Part shown: in pieces, positions 26,352-37,605 of the stretch
Layout of the letters: every line of letters starts with the position of its first letter
Position numbering within the stretch: the first letter of the stretch is position 1
DNA from: Podarcis muralis
Lineage: Eukaryota
Direction of reading: 5' to 3'
DNA length: 64,000 nt
Assembly (NCBI RefSeq): GCF_964188315.1
Contig: NC_135662.1
Coordinates: 17,484,001 to 17,548,000, forward strand
Notes under the pieces: model-generated
What the model was told of the DNA's origin: nothing
The model's database searches: none
Seen by the model: only the letters and a program-made list of their open reading frames with translations
Program-made: the position numbers and the translations under genes

Positions 26352-27320
26352 TACTGAGTATACTGAGTCAGCATCAACTCTAGATTATAAGCCCCTATTT
26401 ATGAATTTGATGGTCATTTTCAAATTTAATGACCGTGCACTTCAAGTAGAGACTATATGCAAAATTGTTTCCTTGTGGTGTTGCCAAGACATCTTTTTTG
26501 TTTTGATCTGTTAATTAGGACTTGCCTATTAATTTATCAGCTAATTAAGGATTTACATACTGATTTCAGGTATATAGCCTCCCAGCCATTATCTGCATTC
26601 GGGTGCTGTATTTCCTTGACTCACTTCCATAGGAACCAAAATACGTTGTCACATTTGTCGAAATATGAATCTCATTTGCAAGCTGGATGCAAACTTATTT
26701 CTGAAACTCATTAGCCTCTTGATTTGTTTCTCTGTCATGGTCTGCAGCATCAGTCGTAAGAAGCTTGGCAGCCTCCGGGTACTGATTTATACAGATCCAG
26801 TTTCCAAGGAACAGCCAAGATCGATCCTTCTCCCCCTCTCCTCTTCTTCTTCTCTCCCTTTTCATTTCAAAGATTAACATTGAGTAAAAATACTTAACAT
26901 TGTTTAGAATGGAACAAATTCCTTTTGGCCACCATCCTGCTTTGAGTTTTTATAGCGGTGGACCTGCAGGGTATATGGCACTTGGCGTGGATGCAGGAAT
27001 TCGTTCACATGAAATAATTGTAGGATTGGGGTCTTTGTTTGAAAGTTTTAACAGACCAACCCTGGAAAGATGTTTACATCAGGGTGGAATAAGCATGAAC
27101 CTAATTGGAGGGTTTAATATGCATGAACCTAATTGGAGGGGCTGAGAGCAGAGTAAGAGTTTCACTACTTTCCCCTTCCTCTGTAATGTTTCAGTGGATG
27201 GTAACATCTTGTACATTCACTCTGATTTATCTATATTAACAACACCCCATTATTCTGGGCTAGCTAATCTGATATAGATTCTATTTTGATTCCATATTCA
27301 AAGCACTGCTGTAATCTAGA

Positions 27321-27668
27321 GGGACGCGGGTGGCGCTGTGGGTTAAACCACAGAACCTAGGACTTGCTGATCAGAAGGTTGGCGGTTCGAATCCCCGCGA
27401 CGGGGTGAGCTCCTGTTGCTCGGTCCCTGCTCCTGCCAACCTAGCAGTTCGAAAGCACGTCAAAGTGCAAGTAGATAAATAGGTACCGCCCCGGCGGGAA
27501 GGTAAATGGCGTTTCCATGCGCTGCTCTGGTTCGCCAGAAGTGGCTTAGTCATGCTGGCCACATGACCCGGAAGCTGTACGCCGGCTCTCTTGGCCAATA
27601 AAGTGAGATGAGTGCCACAACCCCAGAGTCAGTCACGACTGGACCTAATGGTCAGGGGTCCCTTTACC
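27321..27668 (+). mobile_element. Sauria SINE, full length
   Basis: Starts gggacgcgggtggcgc, B box ggttcgaatcc. TSD taatctaga (27312-27320 and 27669-27677). Confidence 0.93.
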
Positions 27669-27734
27669 TAATCTAGAAGTATTCGTAAATAAACTTGCAC
27701 AAAAGAGAGAGGCAGAGAGAGAACTGATCTCCAT

Positions 27735-28345
27735 ATAGTCACTGAAGACTTGATAATGGTGTGGCTGCATTCAGAGTCCTTTGTACAGTTCTGTCACCTT
27801 GTTTTAAAAAGGTAGACAGTAAAATTGGAAAAAAGTGCCTCAAAGAGTAACCAGAATGATGAAAGAGTTCAGGCACCTGCCTTTCATTAAAGGCTAAAGC
27901 AGGAATACTAAATGCGATGCCTTCCAGGGGTTATTGGACTCCCAACTCTTTATCAGGTCCAGCCAGCAAGACTAGTGGTCAGGGATAATGGAAGCTATAG
28001 TCCAACAACATCTGGAGGACCCAAGATACCCAACCCCAATTGATGAAATTTGCTGCCGGAACATGCACTACCAGAACATGCCACTGGTTTGGCTGTCATT
28101 AAAAGGGGATTAGACAAATTAATGAAGGCTAGGCCCATCAACTACTGTTATCCACAACAGCTAACTGGAACTTCCAATAATGTGCAACTGAAAACAAGTT
28201 GCAAGGAGAAGAAATTGGGGCAGGTATTGCTTTATTGCCTACTTGGGCATTCTCCAGAGGCAACTGGCTTGACTACTGTAATCATCATGGTGCTTTACTA
28301 AATGGACCCTTGCTCCGATCCAACAGGACTCTTCATGTTCTCATG
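27735..28345 (+). mobile_element. Decayed CR1 3' portion interrupted by a small hairpin hAT MITE (~27920-28040)
   Basis: tttgtacagttctgtcaccttgttttaaaaagg...agtaaccagaatgatgaaagag and aaggggattagacaaattaatgaagg. Confidence 0.55.
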
Positions 28346-29645
28346 GCAAGGTTAAGTGAACTTGAGTGCTGTACTGACTACTATCCTAATTTATGTTTTT
28401 ACTTATAATACATGTTCAGTCTTTTTCAGTTCTTTCAATGCTGTTAGTTTGAAGCCATGATCACTGGAGGCATTTGAAATGATTGTCCACAGGTTGACTG
28501 GGCTGGTCTCTATCAGTCATGTAGATTGCTGTGGGCCAGTTTGGTCTGATTCTCCCAGTGTGCAGGAATTGCAAACCCAGGAACATCTCAAATTAGGAAA
28601 TCCTGATGGGTCCACAATAATTCTCATAAGATACGGTGAAGCTCTTCCCAGTCTTCTGGAAGAAGTAAAATATTTCAGAGACCTTCATCATATTGACATG
28701 TTATATTCACACTGTGGCTTGAAATCCTAAGAACAGTGTGGCCACCAGTTCTCTTTTATCTGCAGCCCACTGCCCCATATCCCAAGACCCAGGAACATGT
28801 TTAGAGGGACACAGGAGACTTCAGATGGAAGTGAAATTGGGAGAACCTATTGCTGTGTATATGAACTCTGTTCCATTCACAGAAGACAGCTATAACACAA
28901 AAGCACTCTCTGTTATCAAAGCTGAAGGCGGTGCTACAGGGTGGTGCTACAAATCTTGCTACAAATCTTAGCATCTGTTCTGACCTGCATAACACGGTGA
29001 ACTTTGTTAATTCTGGGATAGTTAATGCCATTCTGAATGCTGTATTGCACAAAGTGAGCGGATAAGCAAGAGTGTTGTGTGTGGCGGGGGGGGGGGGACT
29101 TTCAGGATTAGAAGATTAAATGTAATAGGCAGGCGGGAGACTGGGTGACTCAGGGGATTGGTAAAGGATCTCAAGCCTTTCACTTCCTGATTAAAGGTTG
29201 AAAATTGTGACCTAAGTAATTGGAAGGTTTGCTGCCATTTGATTTTGCAACTTCATTTAGTTGGATTAATTCTTAGCTGATGGAAAGAATTTTTAAAAAT
29301 GGAAATCTCCATCAGTTTGTCCAACTCAGAGTGATTCATAACCTGTTTTCTTCCAGAAAGCCAGGCATTCATTGCACTCCTAGGAGCCACTCCAATTATT
29401 CTCTCTGTGTGTGCATTAAACAGTATCTTCACACCCCTGAAGATTTCCGACATTCACATGCCCTACAGGGCTATACTCTAAAAGACCTTCCCTACAAGAG
29501 AGAGAAATTCATCTAAGGAGGAAGGTCTTTTACTTCTTGAGCCCTGCCCACCTGTCCTGGAGGAAGTCTGTTGCCCATAAAAAGTCAAACTGATCTTAGC
29601 AATGTGACAATCAGTGCTTGGAGACCTTCAGGCTTCTGATATGGA

Positions 29646-29960
29646 CTTATTTATTTATTTATTTATTTAATGACATTTTTATGCCTCTTAATTCATAATA
29701 GAGTTCTCTGGGCATCTCACAATAAATGGGGAGATTTAAATATGGAAGAAATAGAATAGGCTCAAAATAAGACTCTTTCTGGCAATTAACTTCCTCATTT
29801 GTTTGGTGGAGGCACCTAGGGCCTCCTAAAATAATCTTAAGGTTTGGATAGATAAGGTTGAAGACAGTCTTCTGGGTTCCGTGCCATTCAGTGCTCTAAG
29901 GATTAAATCTACCACTTTAAATTGGGCCCGGAAATTTGCAGTTAATAAAGCACAGGCATA
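29646..29960 (-). mobile_element. Decayed L2-like LINE 3' end with (ATTT)n tail
   Basis: (TTAT)n tail and gtgctctaaggattaaatctaccactttaaattgggcccggaaa. Confidence 0.5.
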
Positions 29961-30710
29961 ATATGGTCAGATTGCCCATCCGGTAGCCAACCTAATGTTC
30001 CCTCCTAGAATTTGGACTGAATCAGAAGTTACAGCTTTCACATAGAGACTGCTGGCAATGTGTCTGCATGGTACATCCATAGCATTTAGAAGGTCCTGAG
30101 TATGTGGGTTTCCAGTGTTTCCTATTGCAAAGCTATAAAGAAAGTTTGAATGGGACCCTAAGATGTTTGAGCCATGCTGAAAACAAACCCATTCTGTAGA
30201 CATGTCTGCATATAACCTTCCCCTAAATTGACTGTACCTCCACCTTTGGCTGTGTCTTCATGGCAGTGAAAGGGAGACTTGGGTGAGATTTATTGCGTCA
30301 TATGCTGATCTCCTACAGGTCAAGGCTGCCATTTTTTTTAAAAAAGGATGCCACATGGCAAGTTCAAAGAATGAGAGGCTGTGCGTTATTCATTAAATTG
30401 CATATGCACACTCCCACTTGGTCTTGGTGCAATTTAGCCTTCAGACTTCTAAGGCAGAGAGCTTGCAAAAGTGTAAGGTTTGAATCTGTTCTGTGCCACA
30501 GATAGACCCATGGGCCTTCCCCTCCTACACTTCTGTTTCTGCCACTTACAGAATACTGTAGGTTTCTTTAAAAAAAATTAACTGTGTACATTCTGTGGTA
30601 GTTAAGAGTGGTCTACAAATTGGAGTAAGTGATTTTTAGATAGTGTGGTGAGATACAAGAGATGTATGGCAGGGTATGAATTGGCTAGTCACTTGAGATC
30701 TCCAGGAATT

Positions 30711-31065
30711 AGGGCTGGTGCTGTGGTCTAAACCACAGAACCTAGGGCTTCCCAATTGGAAGGTCGGCAGTTCGAATCCCCGCGACGGGGTGAGCTCCCG
30801 TTGCTTGGTCCCTGCTCCTGCCCACCTAGCAGTTCAAAAGCACGTCAAAGTGCAAGTAGATAAATAGGTACCGCTCCGGTGAGAAGGTAAACAGTGTTTC
30901 TGTGCGCTGCTCTGGTTCGCCAGAAGCAGCTTAGTCATGCTGGCCACATGACCAGGAAGCTGTCTGCTGACAAACGGCGGATTCCTCAGTCTAAAGAGCG
31001 AGATGAGTGCTCAACCGCAGAGTCGTCCGCGACTGGACCTAACTGTCAGGGGTACCTTTGCCTTT
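30711..31065 (+). mobile_element. Sauria SINE, older variant subfamily
   Basis: B box agttcgaatcc and shared body. Extra segment ctgctgacaaacggcgg and tail ggtacctttgccttt. Confidence 0.87.
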
Positions 31066-31620
31066 TTATTTAGCCAGTAAATGGGTGGTAAGGAGAGTAT
31101 ATTGGGGAATATGATGGTATTTGGTGAGTGATTTGTCCTTGGGACTAGCAAGGGAGTCAAATAATTTATAGAGTCATATATGTCTGTCTCTCTAGGTTTT
31201 CTATATACTCGAACACTGTCCTTTTACTGATCTGTGCCATATTGATCCAGATAATGTTGAAAATGTGCATTTGACCAGAATAAACCCAAGTGGATCTTGG
31301 TATTCATGCTACTTTTGTGCTTCTGCTAATCATTTTGCATTGAAGCTGGTTTCTTTCTCTCTCTTTTTAACTTGATTGTTTTTTAAGTATAGTTTATACT
31401 GCATGAAAAATTGCTTTTTTGCATAACGATTACTACCTTCCACGAATGGGTACATTCTTTTTAAATGGAAACGATGAAATGTAATACTAATTGCTCATAG
31501 TGCATTGCACCCCAGAATTCATCTAGGTTTTCAGTTAATTTTGTTGTAACAGTCAAGAACAGGACATACTGTAAACAAGTTTTTTCTAATCCTGACAATA
31601 ATGTTGTTGTTGTTGTCGTC

Positions 31621-31663
<43 letters not shown>
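31621..31663. repeat. (ATA)n microsatellite, probably the tail of a tiny minus-strand L2 remnant
   Basis: Followed by ttattatttatatgccgcccatct, similar to the start of the L2 end at 26029. Confidence 0.85.
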
Positions 31664-31664
<1 letters not shown>

Positions 31665-32094
31665 TTTATTATTTATATGCCGCCCATCTAATTGGGTCTT
31701 TTCTGCTTTCATCTCTGTTGCAGTGAGGCATCACCAGTTCTGCTGGCTAGAGAAGTATGCAGTAGCCACTGCTTTGGTAGATAGCAGGTGACACAAGGGG
31801 ACTAAAAGGGTTCCACTTGACTATAAATCCTAAGACACTGGCCTAGCACTTCATTTTGAGAAACTAGTTATTGAAGTAGAACTATGCAGCTCATAGACGA
31901 TTCATACCTGCTTGACTGGTGACTCGGTACTGTACTTGCTTTGTTTCCCGATCACTAGCCTAGAATGCCAGCAGCTGCTACTGTCAGTTAGGGAAGATTT
32001 GCACTACTAACTTTAAGCTAGTTTTAAGGTAGTTTAGCTACCAGGATTTGCTGTTCTCAGCCCCTCCTCTCCAAGAATCCTGAGAGTTCCAGTA

Positions 32095-32309
32095 CAGTGG
32101 TACCTTGGGTTACAGACGCTTCAGGTTACAGACTCCGTTAACCCAGAAATAGTACCTTGGGTTAAGAACTTTTCTTCAGGATGAGAACAGAAATCGCGTG
32201 GCGGCAGCGGGAGGCCCCATTAGCTAAAGTGGTACCTCAGGTTAAGGACAGTTTCAGGTTAAGAACGGACCTCCAGAACGAATTAAGTTCTTCACCCAAG
32301 GTACCACTG
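32095..32309. mobile_element. Tigger-type MITE (215 bp)
   Basis: TA TSD and TIR cagtggtaccttgggtta / tcacccaaggtaccactg; same family as 50623 and 58227. Confidence 0.88.
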
Positions 32310-35034
32310 TATTTTAAAGCAGTGTTCTAGAAGCCTTCAAAGCTAACTTCCAGGGTTTCTTGAATGGCAGAGCCACAGCATTTCTGATCTGTTTCTTTTT
32401 CTCTTGTAAATGTGTCTTTAGGCAGATCAAATGTTTCTCAGGGTGGTGTTTGCAGGAAAAGGCAGCACTTATCCAAATGGAGAGCAGCACAACACAAGTT
32501 TGTACTAACTTAGAAATCAGCGAAAATGCTCTTTCCTCTAAATTTCGAAAAGGGAGCCTTTTGGTTGGAAACTTGAGCTGAGATGTCTGGTTTATAGAGT
32601 GGTATGCGAATGTTAATAAGTAAATGGCACATAATAAAGGAAAAGTCACCCTCACTGTGCGGCCATCTCACAGGGTTATGAAAAGTGTACATTGAGATAG
32701 TGGCTACATTATCGTTCACCTGAATCCTTTGGTATAGGGGACAAAATAGATCATCTTATTTTGTGAAAGGCAATTTCAGTAGGACTAACATCAGTGCCAG
32801 CTCAAAGTTTTTGCTGGCTCTTGGAAAATCTCACTTTTAACTTCTCCAGATATAGCCAGGCAAATCTGTTGACTGGCTGGTTGGTGGGAAAGCATTCACC
32901 AAAGAGGAATAGCCTAATGCAACCTCCCTCAGTAACAGGTTGCTAAGACTAAGTGCATAATGCAGATCTGAAGACTTTGTGGTATTCACTGGCATGGCAT
33001 AGACTCTCTGTTATCTAGGACTTGAAGGATTTTGGTATGGCACGAGTGTCTCTGCATAAACTACTTACTGCTCTCACATCCTATTAGTGTTTCCAGGTTT
33101 CCTAGTGGCACCTGACTTTGGATTGAGCAGTAGCAAAGGGTGAGTAAATAATATAAATTTCAAGGAGCCAGCCACCAAATATTTAGTCACCCGGAATTAT
33201 TTAAATCCCTTGGCGCCAGCTTCCTATTTTTAAGAGTCCAGGCTCCCTGGCACCTGGTTTATTCCATTCCCAGTGATTGTTTCTAGCCATTATTTAGGAT
33301 GCCTTTATTAACTTCACAATGGAAAAAAGGAGTCTTAACCAGTCTTTTTGAAATCGTGTTTACTTAAATAGAGAGGGCCAAAATCAACTCATTTTTTTGC
33401 AATGCCATTTAGCAATTTATTGACTCACCACACGAGCTCTGCTTAGCTCTGCAGCATAAGAAGAAGTGCCGTCTTTTCTCCAGCTAAATAGCTAAAAGGC
33501 GTTTATATTATATGCATTTTAAAATGTTTACATTGCATGCTCTTCATGCATCTGAATCTTTCCGTATGGTGCAGTTCTGTAATGAACAGGGATCACGTGG
33601 CTCCTTTGTGGCACAGCTGTCAAAGGGGTGGGGGAGCATATCTTTATTTGCCTAATGTAGTATGAGAGAATCACCCAGAAAAGTAGTAATTTACTTTGCA
33701 GTTGGGGAAATTAAAATCTGTTCTTCCATTACAGAGTGTTTGCTGAAAATTTATAGTCTTTCGGTAAGGGATCAAAATCCAAAGAGGTACACTGCTGAAT
33801 CCCAGCCTCCCGTTATGAGTGTAGTTATTAAGGGGAAAAGTGGAGTTGGCTGGTGGGTGGATTCCAGTGTGTATAGAGTGTTTCTGAAGGATTAATTTCT
33901 GAAATATGGATAGCATGCACATTTTCACAGTCTCAGCACAAGAAGTAAAGCAATGATGACATTGTAGTTATGAAGCCAGCTTCTCCTTCTCACTTTCCAT
34001 TCACACTTTCTTCCTCCCCTTTGGCTTTCTAAACAGGCTATAATCCTACTGTGAGTATTTTCCCATTGATGAGAATAGGATTTTCTGATTAATAGACATT
34101 GGAGGTTTGCAGTTTAGATGTCAAGGAGCAACAAGGGCTGTTCCAGTGTCACAAGGCAGCTGGGGCACACTCATGGGAAGGGGCTGGACAATTTGGTACG
34201 AAAGTGTAAGAGTTTATTAACAGAAGCCTGAAGAAGCTGTGCTCTTTTCCTTCCATGATACATGATCATCAGATCATAAGAACGCTGGAGGCTTAACTAT
34301 GAAGCAATGTGTTCTTAGAGATCTCATGATTTCTGGACATCGGAAAAGTTCTTTGTGCTTTCCTTCTGTGCTTTTGTTGTATTGTGACGTTCTTGAGGGA
34401 ACTCTACATTAAGAAAAACCTAGTCCTTGAACACACCTTGTGTACCATTCTCTGTAGACTAAAATTAGTTTTAGCTTCTTTCCTTTAACTTGCAGTGGGC
34501 TGAAGATAGCTTCTGCCAGAGTCTCTCTTACTAGGGATTTGACTTGAGCCACCTCACCTTTGTGACATGTGTATATCAAAGGGTAAATGTAGACATCAAT
34601 TCAGCAGCCAATGAGCAAAACATACTTTTTATGCCCTCCAAAACAGCCCTTTTCAGGCCTACCCTTCAACACAGTGTAGTCTAGCAAAAGGACCGAACCT
34701 AGTTGACAAGAGTGCAGTTTGATGCTGGCTACACTTTATGGAGAGGCACAAAAGGAAACTAAAGGCTAGTGTTGAGATAACTTGGGTTGGTGTTTTGGTG
34801 AAATATTTTATTTCCATTACTTTGGGGGTTAATAAAGCTCCTAGTGCAGCTGGCTACTCCTCATGTAACCATCTTGGCGATGCGCCTTGCTGACTGCCTT
34901 CAATCTCCTATGCTTTCATCCATGCTCTGCTTCTCAGTGCTTCCTGGTAAATCCAGTCCACGAGACACTAGGAGTGACGGCTCTTCACACATCTGCTTCT
35001 CATGCTTTGTTTCCTGGTCACCTTGCACTGCGTA

Positions 35035-35304
35035 GATAAGCTCTGGAATTCATTCCCGCAAGAAGCAGTGATGGCCGCCAACTTGGATGGCTTTGAATGA
35101 GTAATAGACAAATTCATGGGGGGATAAGGCTATGTTTTGCCTCTGCTGTCACAGGAAGTATGCCTTAATGCCAGTTGATGGGACTCACAAGGGGTCCTGC
35201 AGGTCCTGTTTTCAGTCTTCCCATGGGCATTTAGTTGGCTACTGCAAGAACAGGATGCTGGCCCAAATGGACACTGAACCAGCAGGCTCTTTTATGATAT
35301 TATG
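35035..35304 (+). mobile_element. CR1 3' end
   Basis: ctctggaattcattcccgcaagaagcagtgatggcc...atagacaaattcatgggggataaggct...caggatgctgg...gctcttttatgatattatg. Confidence 0.7.
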
Positions 35305-35364
35305 CTGCTAAGTTTCTTATATTCTTCTAGCATGGTTTAATATTGCTACAGGGTGGCATACATG

Positions 35365-35505
35365 ATTTCCCCCTCATTCTTTTTTATCCTCATTAGTAAC
35401 CCTGCAGGCTCAGAGACTGACTGCACCCACCTAGTGCGTTTCATGGCCAAGTGGGTATTTGAAGCCTGGTTTTCCAGGTTCCAGTCCATCACTCTTAACT
35501 ATTCC
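35365..35505 (-). mobile_element. Old MIR/Squam3-like SINE remnant
   Basis: tcctcattagtaaccctg...gttccagtccatcactcttaacta resembles the reverse complement of a tRNA head and MIR-like core. Confidence 0.45.
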
Positions 35506-35824
35506 TTCCTTTGCCCCCTGCTATTTTCCCCCTCGCTTGAATAGATGCACTTAAGGCAGCACCAACTTATTCAATAAAAATGTTATTCCATGCAAGTGTT
35601 ATCTGAGACATCTGCCTAGGCTTGCCTAGTAAGTGGTAACTGTAATTTGGGGATGAAAGAACAACATGAATTTTGTGTGTGCGTGTTTCACAGTGATTTG
35701 TAATACAGCATGCACAGATTAATATTCTTAACTATTACTTTGGTTTTTCCCTCTTTTTGTATCCTTCCTAGGAAACAAAAAACACGCAATGGTTAATGAA
35801 CATTCTCCTTTTCATCTTTCATAG

Positions 35825-36948
35825 GTGACTTTAGGTGGGACCTTTATTGGCATTGGACGCAAAACTCCAGATTGCCAGGGGAACACCAAGTATTTCCGCT
35901 GCAAGTTCTGCAATTTCACCTACATGGGCAATTCATCGACAGAGCTGGAGCAACACTTCTTGCAGACCCACCCAAACAAGATAAAATCCACCGTTCCTGC
36001 CTCTGAATCCAGCAAAGCCTCAGACAGGAACTTGAGCAAATCCAGTCCTACTGTTCGATCATGTGAGGCTGCAGATTTGGGGAAGTGGCAGGACAAGATC
36101 ACCATTAAAGCAGGAGATGACACTCCAGTTGGTTACTCAGTTCCCATCAAACCTCTCGAATCCTCAAGACAAAACGGTACGGATGCCTCCAGTTACTACT
36201 GGTGCAAATTCTGCAGCTTTAGTTGTGAATCATCCAGCTCACTGAAACTGTTAGAACATTACAGCAAGCACCATGGGGGGAGCCAGGCAGGGGGCCCTCA
36301 CCCAGATCGGAATGACAAGCTCTCAAGGGGGTCGGTCATTAATCATAATGACTTAGCCAAAAATTCAGATGGAGAGTTAGCAACAAAGACTGAGAAGGGC
36401 TCTAGCGTGGCCAAAAAGAAAGACTTTTCCAGCTCAGGAGTGGAGGACAACATGGTGACAAGCTACAATTGTCAGTTTTGTGATTTTAGATACTCTAAGA
36501 GCCATGGCCCAGATGTAATAGTGGTGGGGCCTCTTCTTCGTCATTATCAGCAGCTACACAACATTCACAAGTGTACCATTAAGCACTGTCAGTTTTGTCC
36601 CCGAGGCCTCTGTAGTCCAGAAAAGCACCTTGGAGAAATTACTTATCCTTTTGCTTGCAGGAAAAGTAATTGTTCCCACTGTGCTCTCTTGCTCTTGTCC
36701 CCTGGGATGCCAGGAGGCTCCAGAGTCAAGCACCAGTGTCACCAGTGCTCTTTCTCCACCCCCGATGTAGACGTTCTCCTGCTTCACTATGAAACCACAC
36801 ATGAAGCCCAGGCGACTGAAGTCAAGCAAGAAGCTAATGCCCCGCAAGGGTTGGATGGGCTGCTGAGTGTCAAAGAAAGCAAAGACCACACGTGCACCAA
36901 ATGTGACTTTGTCACTCAGGTAGAAGAGGAGATTTCTCGACACTACAG
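35825..36948 (+). CDS. TRPS1: TRPS1 coding exon (1124 nt), [29 protein letters not shown]...EEISRHYR, several C2H2 fingers
   Basis: ORF 35825-36952. Acceptor tttcatctttcatAG, donor AG|gtaaaa at 36949. Finger motifs CKFC..HFLQTH, CKFC..HYSKHH, CQFC..HYQQLH, CHQC..HYETTH. Phase 0 start, phase 2 end. Confidence 0.97.
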
Positions 36949-37371
36949 GTAAAAAAAGAGAAGTGATTGTGTGTGCTATTTAGCATTAAGGTTTAAATGT
37001 GGGAGCTTAAGGTTTAAATATGGGAGCTTGCCTACACATAGGACCCGTTCAGATGCTTATCCAGCTTTTGATCCCTTCAGACAATTGCAAGCATTCATGC
37101 CTTTCCATGTGGAAATAAGGTAACAACTGATGTGAGGCCTCTGTTTGTGTAATTTCTCTCTCCTCCCTTTTGGGTGAGAAGACACCAAGGAGCCGCAAGC
37201 CGGGAGTATTTGCACTGTAGGTTCTCAAGAGCTACTGCCCTCAAATATGATTGCCAAGGGCTAGCCATTGTGGTGCCCTCTAGTGATTGTTGGGTTGCAG
37301 CTCCCATCAGCCCCAGCCACTGTGGCCAATGGTCAGCAGTGATGGGAGTTGTAATCCAACAGCATCTTGAG

Positions 37372-37605
37372 CAGGGGTCAGCAAACTTTTTCAGCAGGGG
37401 CCGGTTCACTGTCCCTCAGGCCTTGTGGGGGACCGGACTACATTTTGAAAAGAAAAATGAACGAATTCCTATTCCCCACAAATAACCCAGAGGTGCGTTT
37501 TAAATAAAAGGACACATTCTACTCATGTAAAAACAGGTCCACAGGCTGGATTTAGAAGGGGATTGGGTTGGCTCCGGCTCCCGGGCCTTAGTTTGCCTAC
37601 CCATG
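37372..37605. mobile_element. hAT MITE (234 bp) nested in an older hairpin hAT MITE (~37255-37635)
   Basis: TIR caggggtcagcaaact / agtttgcctacccatg. 8-bp TSD atcttgag / atctagag. Confidence 0.85.

Noticed and set aside
27093-27140. Short direct repeats: a 20-mer at 28-bp period here, and 21-bp duplications at 36987-37028 and 55947-55988
   Set aside because: Ordinary slippage duplications with no further structure.
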